Source of the DNA: Lama guanicoe
Taxonomy: Eukaryota
Reading direction: 5' to 3'
Assembly (NCBI GenBank): GCA_013239625.1
Contig: MU056050.1
Coordinates: 4,535,366 to 4,599,365, forward strand
Length of the DNA stretch: 64,000 bases
Below, one piece after another: positions 41,090 to 53,579 of this stretch. Made by a program: the position numbers and the translations under genes. Below the pieces are notes generated by a model. The model was not told where the DNA came from. It did no database searches and saw only the letters and a program-made list of their open reading frames with translations. Numbering within the stretch: the stretch's first letter is position 1; every line of letters starts with the position of its first letter.

Positions 41090-41260
41090 CAATTCTGAGT
41101 ATATTACTTAACCTCTGTACCTTAGCTTTCTCATCTGCAAAACAGGGGTGACAATAATAACACCTAATCCACAGAGCTGACATGAGGATTGAACATAAAT
41201 TACATGGAACAATGCCTGACACATAGAAATTTTTCAATAAACTTCAACTATTATTCATTT
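41090..41260 (+). mobile_element. MIR
   Basis: ttacttaacctctgtaccttagctttctcatctgcaaaacagggg. Confidence 0.8.
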
Positions 41261-42348
41261 TGCCATCATAACTAACATTATTATTACTGTTAGTGCCCAG
41301 CAACCACTAACTGAGCATAACATAGAACAGAAGGATGGATTTTATTTTTATTTCATCCATTACATTTAAGTTCAAGTTTCTATTTTTAATTTTAAAGTAC
41401 CATATGCTGAACTCATGATCTGTATTTAAGAACAACATTAAAAACAACATTGATTACTCTGTATGACTGTTTTTCTCTTGCAATCAATAGCCTTAACTAG
41501 GGGAATGGAAGTACAGAAGATCTTCATCCCTACTCAAGTGGGTAAGATAAACTTTTTAAGAAAGAAGAAGAAAGGAATGGGGGAGAAAAAAAGGAGGAGA
41601 ACTTTTAACAACATAAAAGCAAAGAGGCATTCAATTCACAGAGTTTCAACTACCCAGTGTTTGAGAAGGCAGAAACTTTATCTCCTTCAATTTTTGTAGA
41701 GAACAAGGGTGCATCGATTGTTGAAATGGCACCTTCTCTTTTGAATATCTCCTGAATTCTAGAATTCGAGAATTTAAGTGCTATGCATTTAAGAAATATA
41801 TGTTGTGTGCTTACTCTCTGCTAGACACTACATAAAGGATCTCAAAAAAGTTTTGCAATAAATGCAAATGTTTGGATGAGGTCTTAACAAGAAGTTAATG
41901 CTGAAGAACAATAACAACAAAAAAATGAAGGCTGTTCATAGCATCAAATGCCCTACTTTGGCTAAATTGTATTCTTACTTAAGCAATTCTTTGTTCAAAT
42001 CCTTGGCATTCATTGCTATGCTTATGTGCACTTATTATACAATTATTTTGTCTCTCCAGATAAATTACAAGGTCTCTGAGGGCAGAGGCTATGCCTGTTG
42101 TAAATGTTCTGGAACTTTTCAATCACTCTGTTTACTATGGGTTTGAAATGTCTAGGAATTCACTGAAAATAAGAGTTTAGTATTTGGTTGCACAAGTACC
42201 CCAAAGCATCTGGACATAAAGGCAGAACAGAGTGTTTTTTTCTGAGATTCTTGTGTTCAATTTCCTCAAGTCACTATGATGCATTTTCTGGAAGCTACTT
42301 TTTCAACTGATTGGGATTTACAACAAGTGCCCCTCAACCTGTAGTTTT

Positions 42349-42416
42349 TGTTTTGTTTTGTTTTTAACATTTTTTATTGAGTTATAGTCATATAGCACAG
42401 GGAAATATATACAAGA
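42349..42416 (-). mobile_element. Micro L1 insertion (twin-primed) with perfect 15-bp TSD
   Basis: TSD tcaacctgtagtttt at 42334-42348 and 42417-42431; antisense L1 terminus and tail, plus a sense L1 3'UTR piece. Confidence 0.88.
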
Positions 42417-44519
42417 TCAACCTGTAGTTTTGAGCCTTCAGTGAATCCATGTTTTCCACTTCGGTCTCCTCATTGTTTCCTAACCCCCTCATTATACGTG
42501 TTACATAGAGATTGTGCTTTGTTTTGTGTTTAATGAGAGTGTTGGCAAAATCATCATAGTTTTATGTACTTTATTACAGATTATAAACATGTGATTAGAA
42601 TATTTCAATTTCCTACTAAAGGAAACCTCAAGATGCCATGATTTCTGTTACTTACCTCACTTAGCTGGCAGTAACAGAAGTGAGGTTGGAAGTTGGGAAC
42701 AATGTTTTTACCCTTCCGAGTCATAAATTCCAGAGCTGGAGTAAAAAACAGACCTTGGAAAATCTGTACTGTTAAAGCCACTGGCAATAATTGCAATGTG
42801 CTTTACTTCGAAAGAAAATCTCTTCTGCCTTTTTAGGGGAGGAAAGTGTTTTTCACCTAGTTTTAATTTAATGACTTCCTGTTACAGCTACTGAATTTTA
42901 AATGACAAATTGTGCTCTTTGGTCTTCACGCTGGTTAAAGGGATTTGGCACTTAGCCTATTTAGAACTCCACCAAATTTTAGTGATAAATATTTGATATT
43001 TCAGGTAACATACTTAATGAGCTCATGGAAGGAGGTTTCAAATAAACTGTGCCCTTTTTTTTCATTTGTGTATGGATTGTATTTCCAAGTGAAAACTCTG
43101 AACACCCCTCTCCTTCTCGCCTTTCTCTCCTGTCCTTTCCCTTCATTCTGGCAGCCTTTTCGTGGAGGCACACATCTGCCGTCATAAACACACAAATTAG
43201 CACATCGATGTTTCTGATGAAAAAATAAAACAGTCAGTGCAATAAGAGAATGTTTTGAAAGCAAGCCAGTTTGTCAGTAAATTATAAGCTTCATTACCAT
43301 AAAAGTCTAACAAATAGAACCCACATCTCATTAACGGAAAACACAATATGACTGCAGCAATATTCATCTCCCCAAAGAGTGCTTATCCAGAGGAAAAAAA
43401 AGATAAAAGTTTTGCTTAGAGCTGCCACTAATGACGGCATTAACTTTATTTATTAAAGGATGTCTAAGCATTTTGCAAAATGTACATTTTACCCCCTCCC
43501 CCATCTTTTGTTTTCTTTTCTGATTAAGCACAGTGGTGAGTTCTACAGTACAAGAGTTATATGATGGCTAACTTCCTTCCACTCTAACATCATTCTAACT
43601 ATGCTCTACTAAAGATGGAGAACACTGTTCCCCCCCAGGCACTGCTCCAAACTGTATACGGCTGGTAAAATTCTTCCACATTACATGGAAGGCCAAAATT
43701 CCATATACCATTTAGTTCCCTGATGAGTTCATTTCTGTAAAGGTAGAAGGCAAGAGGTTCATGTCACCACTTTTTACAAAATAAAACCTTTTTTTCAAAT
43801 CTGGAGTGTTGAATAGGGATTGGAAGTGCTTGGATAGCCCCAAACCAACTTTTATTCGAGTTATCTTGTCATGATTTGGAAACACTTTCTTAATAAGTGT
43901 GCTATTAGATGTGTGGTTCTGTATGTTTTAAGATTTTTTTCAATTCTAAGAAAGCAAAAGCTATTTCTAGTAAAGTTTTTGCTTAAGAGTACCATTTTCA
44001 GAAAGGAGACCTAATTCTAAATTAGTTCAAATTGCTAAAGAGCACTTTCAGAAGGGAGACCTAATCCCAAATTAATTAAGTAATTAGGCTGACAGAAGGG
44101 AACATAGAGTAATTAGGAGTACAAACATTACTAGTAGAAGATAAGTAAGAATGGTTGTTTAGTCAACTATTTAATTGTGGACCAAGTTCGTGAAAATAAC
44201 AGGGTAAGAGTTTCGGTGATGTGATGTCTCATCCTGGCTTGAAAAGAGCAGAGGGACAACAAACAGATGAAACAAGACTGGGAAAAAATGTTGATAATTG
44301 TTGAGGCTGGCTGATGAGTTCATGGGAGTTCTCTGTACTGTTCTCTTTGCCTATGTGAAGGCTTGAACTTTTTCATAATTTAAATTTTAAACAGGGAAAA
44401 AGAATTTTAAACTCACATTGGTAAGAAGATCTAACCTCCCTTTTATCTGTTTTCTATTATGCAAGGCAAACAGGAGAGGCAGAGGGAGAGGCAGCCTTGT
44501 GGAGGGAAGGCCTATTGTG

Positions 44520-44710
44520 TTTCACATCAGAGCAGCAGTTGGATCCTGAATGCGCCAGCTATTAGCTTTATGGCCTTGTGCAAATCTCTGAGCTTATTTC
44601 TTCATTTATGAAATGCAGATGATTATTCATACATCACAGGGTTGTTATGAGGATTAAATAGAATAAGATTTGTGAAAGTAGGACGTGAGTATAAGTCCTG
44701 ATAAATGCTT
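44520..44710 (+). mobile_element. MIR
   Basis: ctctgagcttatttcttcatttatgaaatg...cacagggttgttatgaggattaaat. Confidence 0.75.
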
Positions 44711-44737
44711 TCTTCCTTTACCGGGAAGTAAGATGGG

Positions 44738-44918
44738 TAGGGTTAGCAAAAAAAAAAAAAATTTTTTTAAATTTAAAATACCCAGTTTAATTAGAATTTC
44801 AGACAAAAGAATAATTTTTAATGTAAGGATATCCCCTGAAATATTTGGGGCAGAAGGAGACCAATTTATCTAAAAATCAAATATAACTTGGTGTCCTGTA
44901 TTTGAACCGGCAACCATA
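44738..44918. mobile_element. MER53-like palindromic hAT MITE
   Basis: tagggtt...cccagtttaattagaatttcagac / aaatcaaatataacttggtgtcctgtattt...ggcaacc. Confidence 0.8.
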
Positions 44919-45267
44919 TCTGAAAGGGATACTTTAGTCAGTAAAATAGTCCTGCAAAGCTTTGCCATAACAAGCATAATGCACTTCCAGATAAGAGTGC
45001 TAGCTGTAGCATCAGGGTGAGCACCGAATTGAAGATTTGGCATTGAAAGAACAGGAAGAGACTAATGAGAAAGAATTTCAGCAGAGCGATAACAAACCCA
45101 GAAATATGAGCAATTCCAAGTCTCCAAGGGCTAAATATTGCTTGAGATTATCCATGAATAAAGGGCAGGAGAAAAAGGAAGGAGCAGTTAGAAACCTGGG
45201 CTCCCAAAAAAGTCACAAAATAAGAGGTTTCTGATTTCATGAAAAGAGACAAATGTATTTAGATTAC

Positions 45268-45429
45268 TTTTTTTTTTAAATGGGCTTGATTTTATTTTTG
45301 TTGTTATTGGGGGTTTTTTGGTGGAGGGGAGGTAATTAGGTTATTTTTCGAGGAGGTGCTAGGGATTGAACCCAGGACCTCATGCATGCTAAGCATGCAC
45401 TCTGCCACTTGACCTATACCCTCCCCCCT
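45268..45429 (-). mobile_element. tRNA-derived SINE (same family)
   Basis: Reverse complement has A box and B box; poly(T) at 45268; degenerate flanking repeat 45246-45266 vs 45430-45450 (17/21). Confidence 0.92.
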
Positions 45430-46384
45430 GAGATGAACGTATTTAAATTAAATTCATTCTCTGCCTCTTTCTGTCTCTGTTTCTGTCTTTGGCTGTCTTT
45501 CTCCCACATGTACATAGTTTTGACTATGTTCCTTCTATAGTTCAACTACTCGTTGTTTCTTTAATACGTTACTTGATTTTCTAAATCCATTCTACTAGGA
45601 ATATGTCTACTAACATTCTTAAAATTCTTTTGGACTTTTAATGATGATTTACAAAAAAAAAAAAAAGAAGCAGCTCAGCCTTAGAACTATTAAATGGTGT
45701 GACTGAAAACCTCAGTAAGCAAAGTCTAAAAGAGACTTGGACTCAAAGTTTTGTCTATCAAATAATGGAGTATCATCTCAAGCGAAACTAATACAGATAT
45801 TTCTCCACTCTCTGTGCAGTATTACTGTTGCTCATGGAGGCATAGTTAAACAATTCAATCCCTAGCTATAGCAAATCAAATCTGTGCATGTATTAATTTT
45901 AAGTTGGAATTTTAAAAAAGCAAACAAACAAACCAGCTGCTGTCTTAAAGCAAGAAATTCACTTGAAGTTCTATATACATTCATGAGCAGATATAGAAAT
46001 AAAATACACAGTATTATAAGCTGATATACAAATTTAAAATGCCCATTCACTCAGTGAATCTCTGTTATCAAGTACCGCTGTGTGGAGTTTTAGCTCGCCA
46101 GTATCCAGACATAAATTTGCTATTTTTCTCCATTTGCTTCATGTGATGTTTAGATGTTAACCACCTGCATGCTGCCTTTATGTTTTGTAGATATGCATTA
46201 CCTCCCAAAATACACGCACACATCTTCCTTCTTTTATAACACTTCTCAAGCACCTAGTGGAATGTTTTACCAGAAAAATGCATAAAGAGTGGCCAAAAAC
46301 CGACTTAGAAATATCAAATAATGTTATATTCCTTCTCTTAAGTAGTCAGATAACATCTAGCACATAAAGGTCAATTTTTAACAC

Positions 46385-46546
46385 CAGACCCAGACTACAG
46401 TGAGGCAGATAAGGTGCGTAGGGTGCACGTTCAATGAGACACTCATTCTCAGTGAAGGTTTGACACTTTTATGACCCTAAAGGCAAAAACATCCTTAAAT
46501 TTTGCACCCAACGTGCCTGACTTGCCTCACCCTAGTCCAGGCTCTG
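46385..46546. mobile_element. MER91-like palindromic hAT-Tip100 MITE
   Basis: cagacccagactacagtgaggcag...ccttaaattttgcaccc...ttgcctcaccctagtccaggctctg; imperfect terminal inverted repeats. Confidence 0.82.
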
Positions 46547-46629
46547 TCTTTAAAAGTGCCAGCATGTCTATAATAGTACTTGTATATTTAAAACTATACT
46601 TTTGAAACAACAAAAAAAGATTTTTTGTT

Positions 46630-46790
46630 GGCAGGGAGAATAGAGCTCAGTGGTAGAGTGTGTGCCTAGCATGCACGAGGTCCTGGGTTCAATCCCCAGT
46701 ACCTTCATTAAAAATAAATAAATAAACAAACAAACAAACAAACAAACCTAACTACTCCCCCCCCCAAATTTTTAAAAATAAAAATTAAAT
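46630..46790 (+). mobile_element. tRNA-derived SINE (same family)
   Basis: agctcagtggtagagtg...cacgaggtcctgggttcaatccccagtacc, then (AAAT)/(AAAC)n and A-rich tail. Confidence 0.92.
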
Positions 46791-47439
46791 AGTTGGACAA
46801 AAAATTTTTTAAAGATTTCTTAAGAAAAATTTAAGAAGAGTGCATCAAAGAACTTTCCCTGAATAAGGCTCAGGGTTTCTCCAGCAGGTATCACAGCCAT
46901 TCCTAAACAGCTGCTCACCGTTGCCATCTGCTTTCGGCTTCTTGACGTAGGACTGTTTCCCGATTGCCACCTGCTTGTGCAGCTCGTGCTTTAAGCTTTG
47001 TCATCCTCTACCAATTCTCGCGGTTCCTCTGGGACCAAGATTAAGACAGGCGGGAGTCTTTGTATTCTTAAGACATTGCATTTAAATGTATTTTTGGCAT
47101 TTTTCCTTTTCTCAGATTTTCTCTTCATAGTCAAGGGGTTTCACATCCCAAACTAAAATATTTAGCAATATTTATTCCTAAATGCTAAAGTGCAGCTAGT
47201 AGTGCAATTATCATTAGCATGATGATATGAAACCTGCAAAACTACTCGACAAAAATCACTGACCCACATGTGCTTAGGAAAATGTTGGATTTGTTTTTTT
47301 AGTAGAAGATTACACCACACCTCCTTCTTAACATTCTTTTTATGCAATTGGGAAGTACTCAGTAACCTAATACAAAACTGATTGTTGCAAACTAAACTGA
47401 AGCAGTGATCTTGTGATTATTACCATGATGGGAAAACTG

Positions 47440-50260
47440 TGAGCGATCATTCTGGTGTTATGTAATGTTTCTATTTTTCTCTGCTTTTCACTTTTGGCAC
47501 TTTCTTTCTTTATGGTAGTAAAGATGCTCCAGTCTCATCGTGTACATTTCCTGCCCCAGTCTCCACTCAGCTCTATCTTCAAGGGCCCCTGGCTCCCTTA
47601 CTGCAGAATGATATTGGAAAACAAGATCTAGATACTACATATGCTTATTGCTACAAGGGTGTTGTTGCTTCTTGATCCCCTCAGCTAGCAAAGCAAAGGG
47701 ATATATGTGTGTATAATAAACAATGTGTATACAAATGTCCTAAAGTATTTCTACAGAAGGGAAACTTGGGTTCATACGGATGTCTCTGACTCTAATCCAT
47801 CACCATATGCATCATTCTGGCCTCCCTCCCTTGCTTAAGTCTAAACTTTCACTCCAATAGTAACAATCCTGGCTCTCACCATTTGCCATCTACTTAGTCA
47901 ATTGTTCAATTCTTGAGTATGTGTGTAAAAATATTGGAGTTGTTAACCCACACCCCCATGGGAAAGAACTTTATCAACTAGAGCTTAGTGTTTCTATACA
48001 GCTTCTTTGACCTTTAGTGTACAGACTCCACTCATTTCCAAAGTTACTTAAGTCTGCGACTTATTCCGCCATGTCCTTCAGTGAGGTTGTTTTATATATT
48101 TGTGATACAGTTAGCTGGTTTTGTCACATTCAGCATTCCACCCTGGGCTTTCCCTGACCACAGAAAGGATTTTTTTTTAATTTGCATACATTAAGATTAA
48201 CTCCTGTGCTTCAAAGTTCAATGGGTTTTGACAAAAGAATAGTGTCATCGTTTCAGGTATTCACACTTAGAGTACCATATCTAATAATTCCTCTGTTTTC
48301 AATAATTCCCTGTGCCTCATCCAGTCAATCCTCCTAACCTCCCTGCAGTCTTCTGATAGCCACTGATTTTTACTATCTCTATGTGTCATATACTGGGAAT
48401 CATACAGTATGTAGCCTTCTCAGGCTCACCGTAAAGTGGTTTCCTTAGCTTAGAAATGTGCATTTAGTGTTTATTCTTTTTTTATGCTCTGTTTCCAGTT
48501 TTAGAGTTAAGAGATCAGTTTCTCATCATTAAGTAGCTGTAGGGTTTTTGTTGGTTTTTTTTTTAAATCAAGTTAAGAAAGTTCCTCTTTATTCTTAGTA
48601 TGTTGAAAGTTTTTATCTAGAATAGATGTTAGATGTTGTCAAATGCTTTTTCTGTGTCAATTGTATGATTACATGATTCTTCTTAAGTGTGTTGATGTGT
48701 TTAACTACATTGATTGATGTTCAACGGTTGAAACAAACTAAAAAAAACTTGAATACATCCCATTTGGTCATGGTGTAAAATTATTTGTATATATTGCTGG
48801 ATTTGATTTCCTAGTAGTTTGTTGAAGATTTCTGTGTCAACGTTTATGACAGATAGTAGTCTATACATTTTCTTTATGTAACATCTTTAACTGGTTTTAG
48901 TATATGGTAATGTTACATCAAGTGAGTTAAAAAGTGTTCCTCCTCTTTCTATAATCTGGAAGAGGTTGTGGAGAATTGGTATTATTTCTTCTATAATATT
49001 TGGTAGAATTTCTCAGCAAAACCATCTGAAACGGGGGCTTTTTTTGTAATTTATCCATCTTTGATCCAATTCTTTTATAGACATAAGCTTGTTTAGATTA
49101 TCTATATCTTCTTTGTGAGTATTGGTAGTTTGTGTCTTTCAAGGAATAGGTTAATTTCATCAAATTATAAAACTTGTCAGCTTAGAGTTGTACATGGTAC
49201 TTTTATTATCATTTTAAAGTAGTAATGACTTTATTTTTTGATATTGCTGTTTTGTGACTACTTATTTTTTCTTAGTTGGCTTGGCTAGACATTTATCAAT
49301 TATACTGATATTTTCAAAGAATCAGCATTTGTTTTCATGGATTTCCTCCCTTGTTTTCCTATTTTCAATGTCATTGATTTCTACTCTTAATTTTTGCTAT
49401 TTCTTTCCTTCTGATTGCTTTAATCTTCAGTTGTTCTTATTTCTCTTGCCTCCTAAGGTAGAAGCTAACTTTATTGATCTCAGGTCTTCAATCTTTTCTA
49501 ATACATACATTCAATGCTAAAAATTTACCTCTAAGCAATGCTTTTGCTACATCCTGCAGGTTTTGATAAGTTACATTTTCATTTAGTTCAAATTATTTTT
49601 AATTTCTCTACATACTTATTGACATCCATGTCATTTAATTCATTAACTTGATTGAAATAATTATTAATGTGTTAATTTCCAAATATTTGGCAGTATTCCT
49701 TTTACTTTTCTGTTACCAATTTCTTATTTAATTCTATTGTAGTCTGAGGACTTTGTATGATTTATATTCTATTAAATGTGTTAAAGTGAGTATTATGACC
49801 CAGAATGTGATGTTGGCAAATGTTCCTTGTGAGCTTGAAAAGAATGTTTATTATGCTGTTCTTAGTTGGAGTATTCTATAAATATCAATAGGATCAAGTT
49901 GATTGATAGTGTTGTTCAGCTCAAACTATATGCTTACTGATGTTCTGCTTGCTTGATTTATCAATTATTGAAATAGTGCCATTGAAATTTCCCGTTACAA
50001 TAATGTATTTGCCTATTTTTCTTGCAGTTTTATGAGTTTTTGCTTAATATAGTTTTATGCTCTGTTGTTAGATGTGAACACTTTAAGGATTATTTTTTTT
50101 GGCAAATTGACACTTTATCATGAGGTAGTTCCACCTTTATCCCTAATAATTTTCCTTTTTCTGAAATCTGATTTGTTTGAAATTAATATAGGTAGGCCTA
50201 CTTCTTTTTTATTGTTGCTATTATACATGACATGAGCCATACTTTTCTTTCATCCAAAAG
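47440..50260 (-). mobile_element. Old antisense L1 block (L1MD/MC-like 3'UTR plus diverged ORF2)
   Basis: T-rich; tcaaatgctttttctgtgtcaattg is antisense IDTEKAFD; probably more than one element. Confidence 0.8.
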
Positions 50261-50285
50261 TAGTTTCAAGTCTATATTAAATAAA

Positions 50286-50286
50286 G

Positions 50287-50321
<35 letters not shown>

Positions 50322-50330
50322 CATACACAG
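50286..50330. repeat. Compound (CA)n(TA)n microsatellite
   Basis: Directly visible. Confidence 0.9.
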
Positions 50331-50339
50331 GCAACAGAC

Positions 50340-50710
50340 TTACTTTCATACATTTCATACATGCTGAGATACTATTCGGCAATAAAAAGGAATAAACTAG
50401 TGAAATGAGCACTAGCTTGGATACATCTCAAAAAAAAGTTAGCATAAATAGTGCATACTGAATGATTACATTTAAATAATATTTTAGACATGGGAAAATA
50501 TTCTACAGTGGTAAAAATTAGAAAGCAGCTCCCTGTGAGTGGAGGGAGAATAGACTGGAAAGGAACATGAAAGAAACTCCTGGAATGATGGAAATGTTCC
50601 TTTGTATTTTGTTTTAGATAGTGATTATATGGATGCATACAACTGTCAGAACATCAAATGGGCCACTGAAGATACATTTTATTGTATAAAAGTTAGATCT
50701 CAATAAAAAT
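50340..50710 (+). mobile_element. Old L1ME-like 3' end
   Basis: atactattcggcaataaaaaggaataaact...gatggaaatgttc...ctcaataaaa. Confidence 0.75.
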
Positions 50711-51271
50711 TTCAGGTCCTACAAATACATGAATGCGTTTCCTAAATGTGTGAGGTAAATAGTGAAATAGGTATGCCATACGACAAGAAAGAAAGAAAGA
50801 TAGAGAGGGAGGGAGGGAGGAAGGAAGGGAGGAAAGATTTAACCTGCCTTTTCTCATGTAGGATATTAGCCAAAGAATCAGGCAAGCAATTTGTCAAGGA
50901 GCAGATAGACATATTTTTGGTGGGATGACTAATGAAATAACACTTTCACTTTGTGGGAACTAGAGAGTTGTCCACTTGTGAGAGAAATAGTAATCTGTTG
51001 CCTGAGTTCATTCAGAGAGGACTATATCCACGGTGTTTGAAAGAGTTAATTTACCGGCTTGAATCAAGTCCTGTCCATTAGAGTGCACTCTTTAGCAGTT
51101 CTGTTGGCAAAAGATTATTCACCAGGTACTGTATTTAGTTTGTGTTCATCAAAAGTTTCATATGAGAAGATTATGGGGAAGATGAATGACTATGTTCATA
51201 TAACTAGAAATGTGATAATTAGCCTGTTTTTTTTTTTCTTGATAATAGAGTGACATATTTTATATCTTTTT

Positions 51272-51622
51272 ATTTTAGTCCATTCAGGCTGCTATAACAA
51301 AAATACCAAAGATTGTGTGGCTTATAAACAGTAAACATTTATTTCTCACAGTTCTGGAGGCTGGAAGTCCAAAATTAGGTTGCCAAGCATGATGGAGTTC
51401 TGGTGAAGCCAATCTTTCAAGCTGCACACTGCCAACTTTTAACTACGTCCTCACATGGTGTAAGAGATAAGCTAGCTCTCCAGGCCTTCTTTTATAAGGG
51501 TACTAATCCCATTCATGATGATCTCATCCCTTCTTAAAGGACCCATTTCTTCTTAATACCATCACCTTGGGCATTAGGTTTTCAACATACAAATTTAGAA
51601 GGGACACATTCAGGTCATAGCA
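51272..51622 (-). mobile_element. MaLR solo LTR (MLT1A-like)
   Basis: ttagtccattcaggctgctataacaaaa...atttatttctcacagttctggaggctggaagtccaa...cattcaggtcatagca. Confidence 0.92.
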
Positions 51623-51726
51623 CTTTCCCATTTGGGAAACAGAACAAAAGTCCTTACCTATCAATAGCCCAAGGTGATGGTATTAAGAAGAGATGGGTCC
51701 TTTAGGAAGGGATGAGATCATCATGA
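51513..51726. repeat. 60-bp inverted repeat (58/60), 94-nt spacer
   Basis: Arm 51513-51572 matches the reverse complement of 51667-51726. Confidence 0.97.
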
Positions 51727-53579
51727 TGGACTAGGTATCAGGCTTACAACAAACATGATTTGAACAGCAGTGTACCAAAGTCCATCTAATAATGAGCCCT
51801 ATTAATTCTGAGGTCTGTTTCTAGAATCATAAAACCAGAAAGATGACTATATTAAATTCCTTCATTTTACAGATAGGGAAATTCAAGTTCAGAAAGATCA
51901 AATGGTTCATCCCAATTTACACAAATGAGCAAGTAGCATAGCGAGGACTGGAACATAATCCCTTTACTCCAAGTCCATTTTTTCTAATCAATTATTGGCA
52001 TAACTCAAATTAATATGCTGTACTTTTCACATACTGCACTTTACAAAATATACCAACTGGTGACTTAATGTTGAGAAATTCATTGCAGTTGATTAGAGAA
52101 TAGGAAGAAGGGTGGCTCAACTTTGTTGAGGGGAAAACAGGGATAGGAGAATATGAAAAGCTTAATTAGAATAAAATAATAAGTAATTAGCATAATGAAA
52201 TCCTTTTAAATAGATCAATTTAGATTCTATCCTATTCTCATTCTTACATCTACATGATCACTACTTCTCAGTCTATAAAGTGATCTATATCCCCAATGAG
52301 AAACTTTTGGAAAAGAAAGGCCATTTTATAAGAAAACAAATTCTTCAACTCTACTTTGTAAACTTTGTGTTCTGTCAAACATCCTTTTTCTGGTAGATAA
52401 TTTTCTCTGATTTTTAACATTCATATTCTCTGTCCTGTAGAATTCATTTCTTCAGGAATGAGGACTCAGATATGGCACGTGTATTAATTCCTCATGCACC
52501 CAAATGTTCTAAGGTGCTTTCCTCCTGCTATCCATAGATGTTGATAGCAGTTGCTCCCAAATTTTCAATAATGAAGACTACTTTCTCATTTCTAAAAATT
52601 GTGTGGGATCCCACATAATAATTACATCTTAGTAGTTGTTGATTGATAAATATGTGAACTCTAAGGTCCATTCACTAACACTTCCATATGAATTTGTATT
52701 GTCTTAATCAATCATTTGCATATGTTTAAAAAAACTGCACATCTATTTGTAAAGCATGGTGTTTATTCAGTTTGCACACAATGACTGAAGAGCATAGAGT
52801 TCCCCAGCATAGAGTTCCCCAGAATTTACAATAATGCCCTGTCTCCCAACAGCAACAATAAGCCTGGGTTTGATGCCCCCAGGCTGAGAACTCTAGCTGT
52901 GGAAGCCCTGTGTTTCTATCAGCCTGGCTCCCTCTCAGCACAGCTTGCTTAGTTAATGCCAAGGAACCTACACTGGTCCCGTTTCCTACTCATAATCATA
53001 TTCATATTCATGTAATATCAGCTTCATGAGGACAGGAACTTTGTCAGATTGGTTCACTATCTCAGTGCTAGAAAAAAAAATTCCTGCCTCATAGACTGTC
53101 TCCAATAAATTGATGAGTACAAGTAAATCTGCAAAGATGCCATGTTTAAACATGTCTCTAACCAAGGAATTCTCTTTACCCCAGCTTCTCTCTTTACTCT
53201 AGCTTCAAGTCTGACAACTTGGAAACAATTACAAATTACCAAGAAATACCCTCCTTTTTACAACATAAGCATTCCCATGCCAGCTAGGTAACATGTATTA
53301 CCCCAAATTATAGAATATTTAATTTCAAGTGTGCCTCGATATCCAAATATTCATTTTCTGAGTTTGGATAAGGCAAGTGCAGAAAACAAGAAATCAAATA
53401 CAGAGGGATGACTATATTTGGAAGCACAGTGCAATAATTACAAGAGTAAATATTTATAACCAAACTTAAGAAAAAATAGGAAAAAATAATAAGACTTTAT
53501 TATTTTCTTTCCTTTAAAGCAAATACTATTCCCAAAGGTATATTACTAATCTGGGAATTTTCTTCCTAAATGATGAAAC

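Noticed and set aside
44738..46546. Hairpins at 44738-44918 and 46385-46546 as miRNA precursors
   Set aside because: Explained by palindromic MER53-like and MER91-like MITEs; arms are degenerate.
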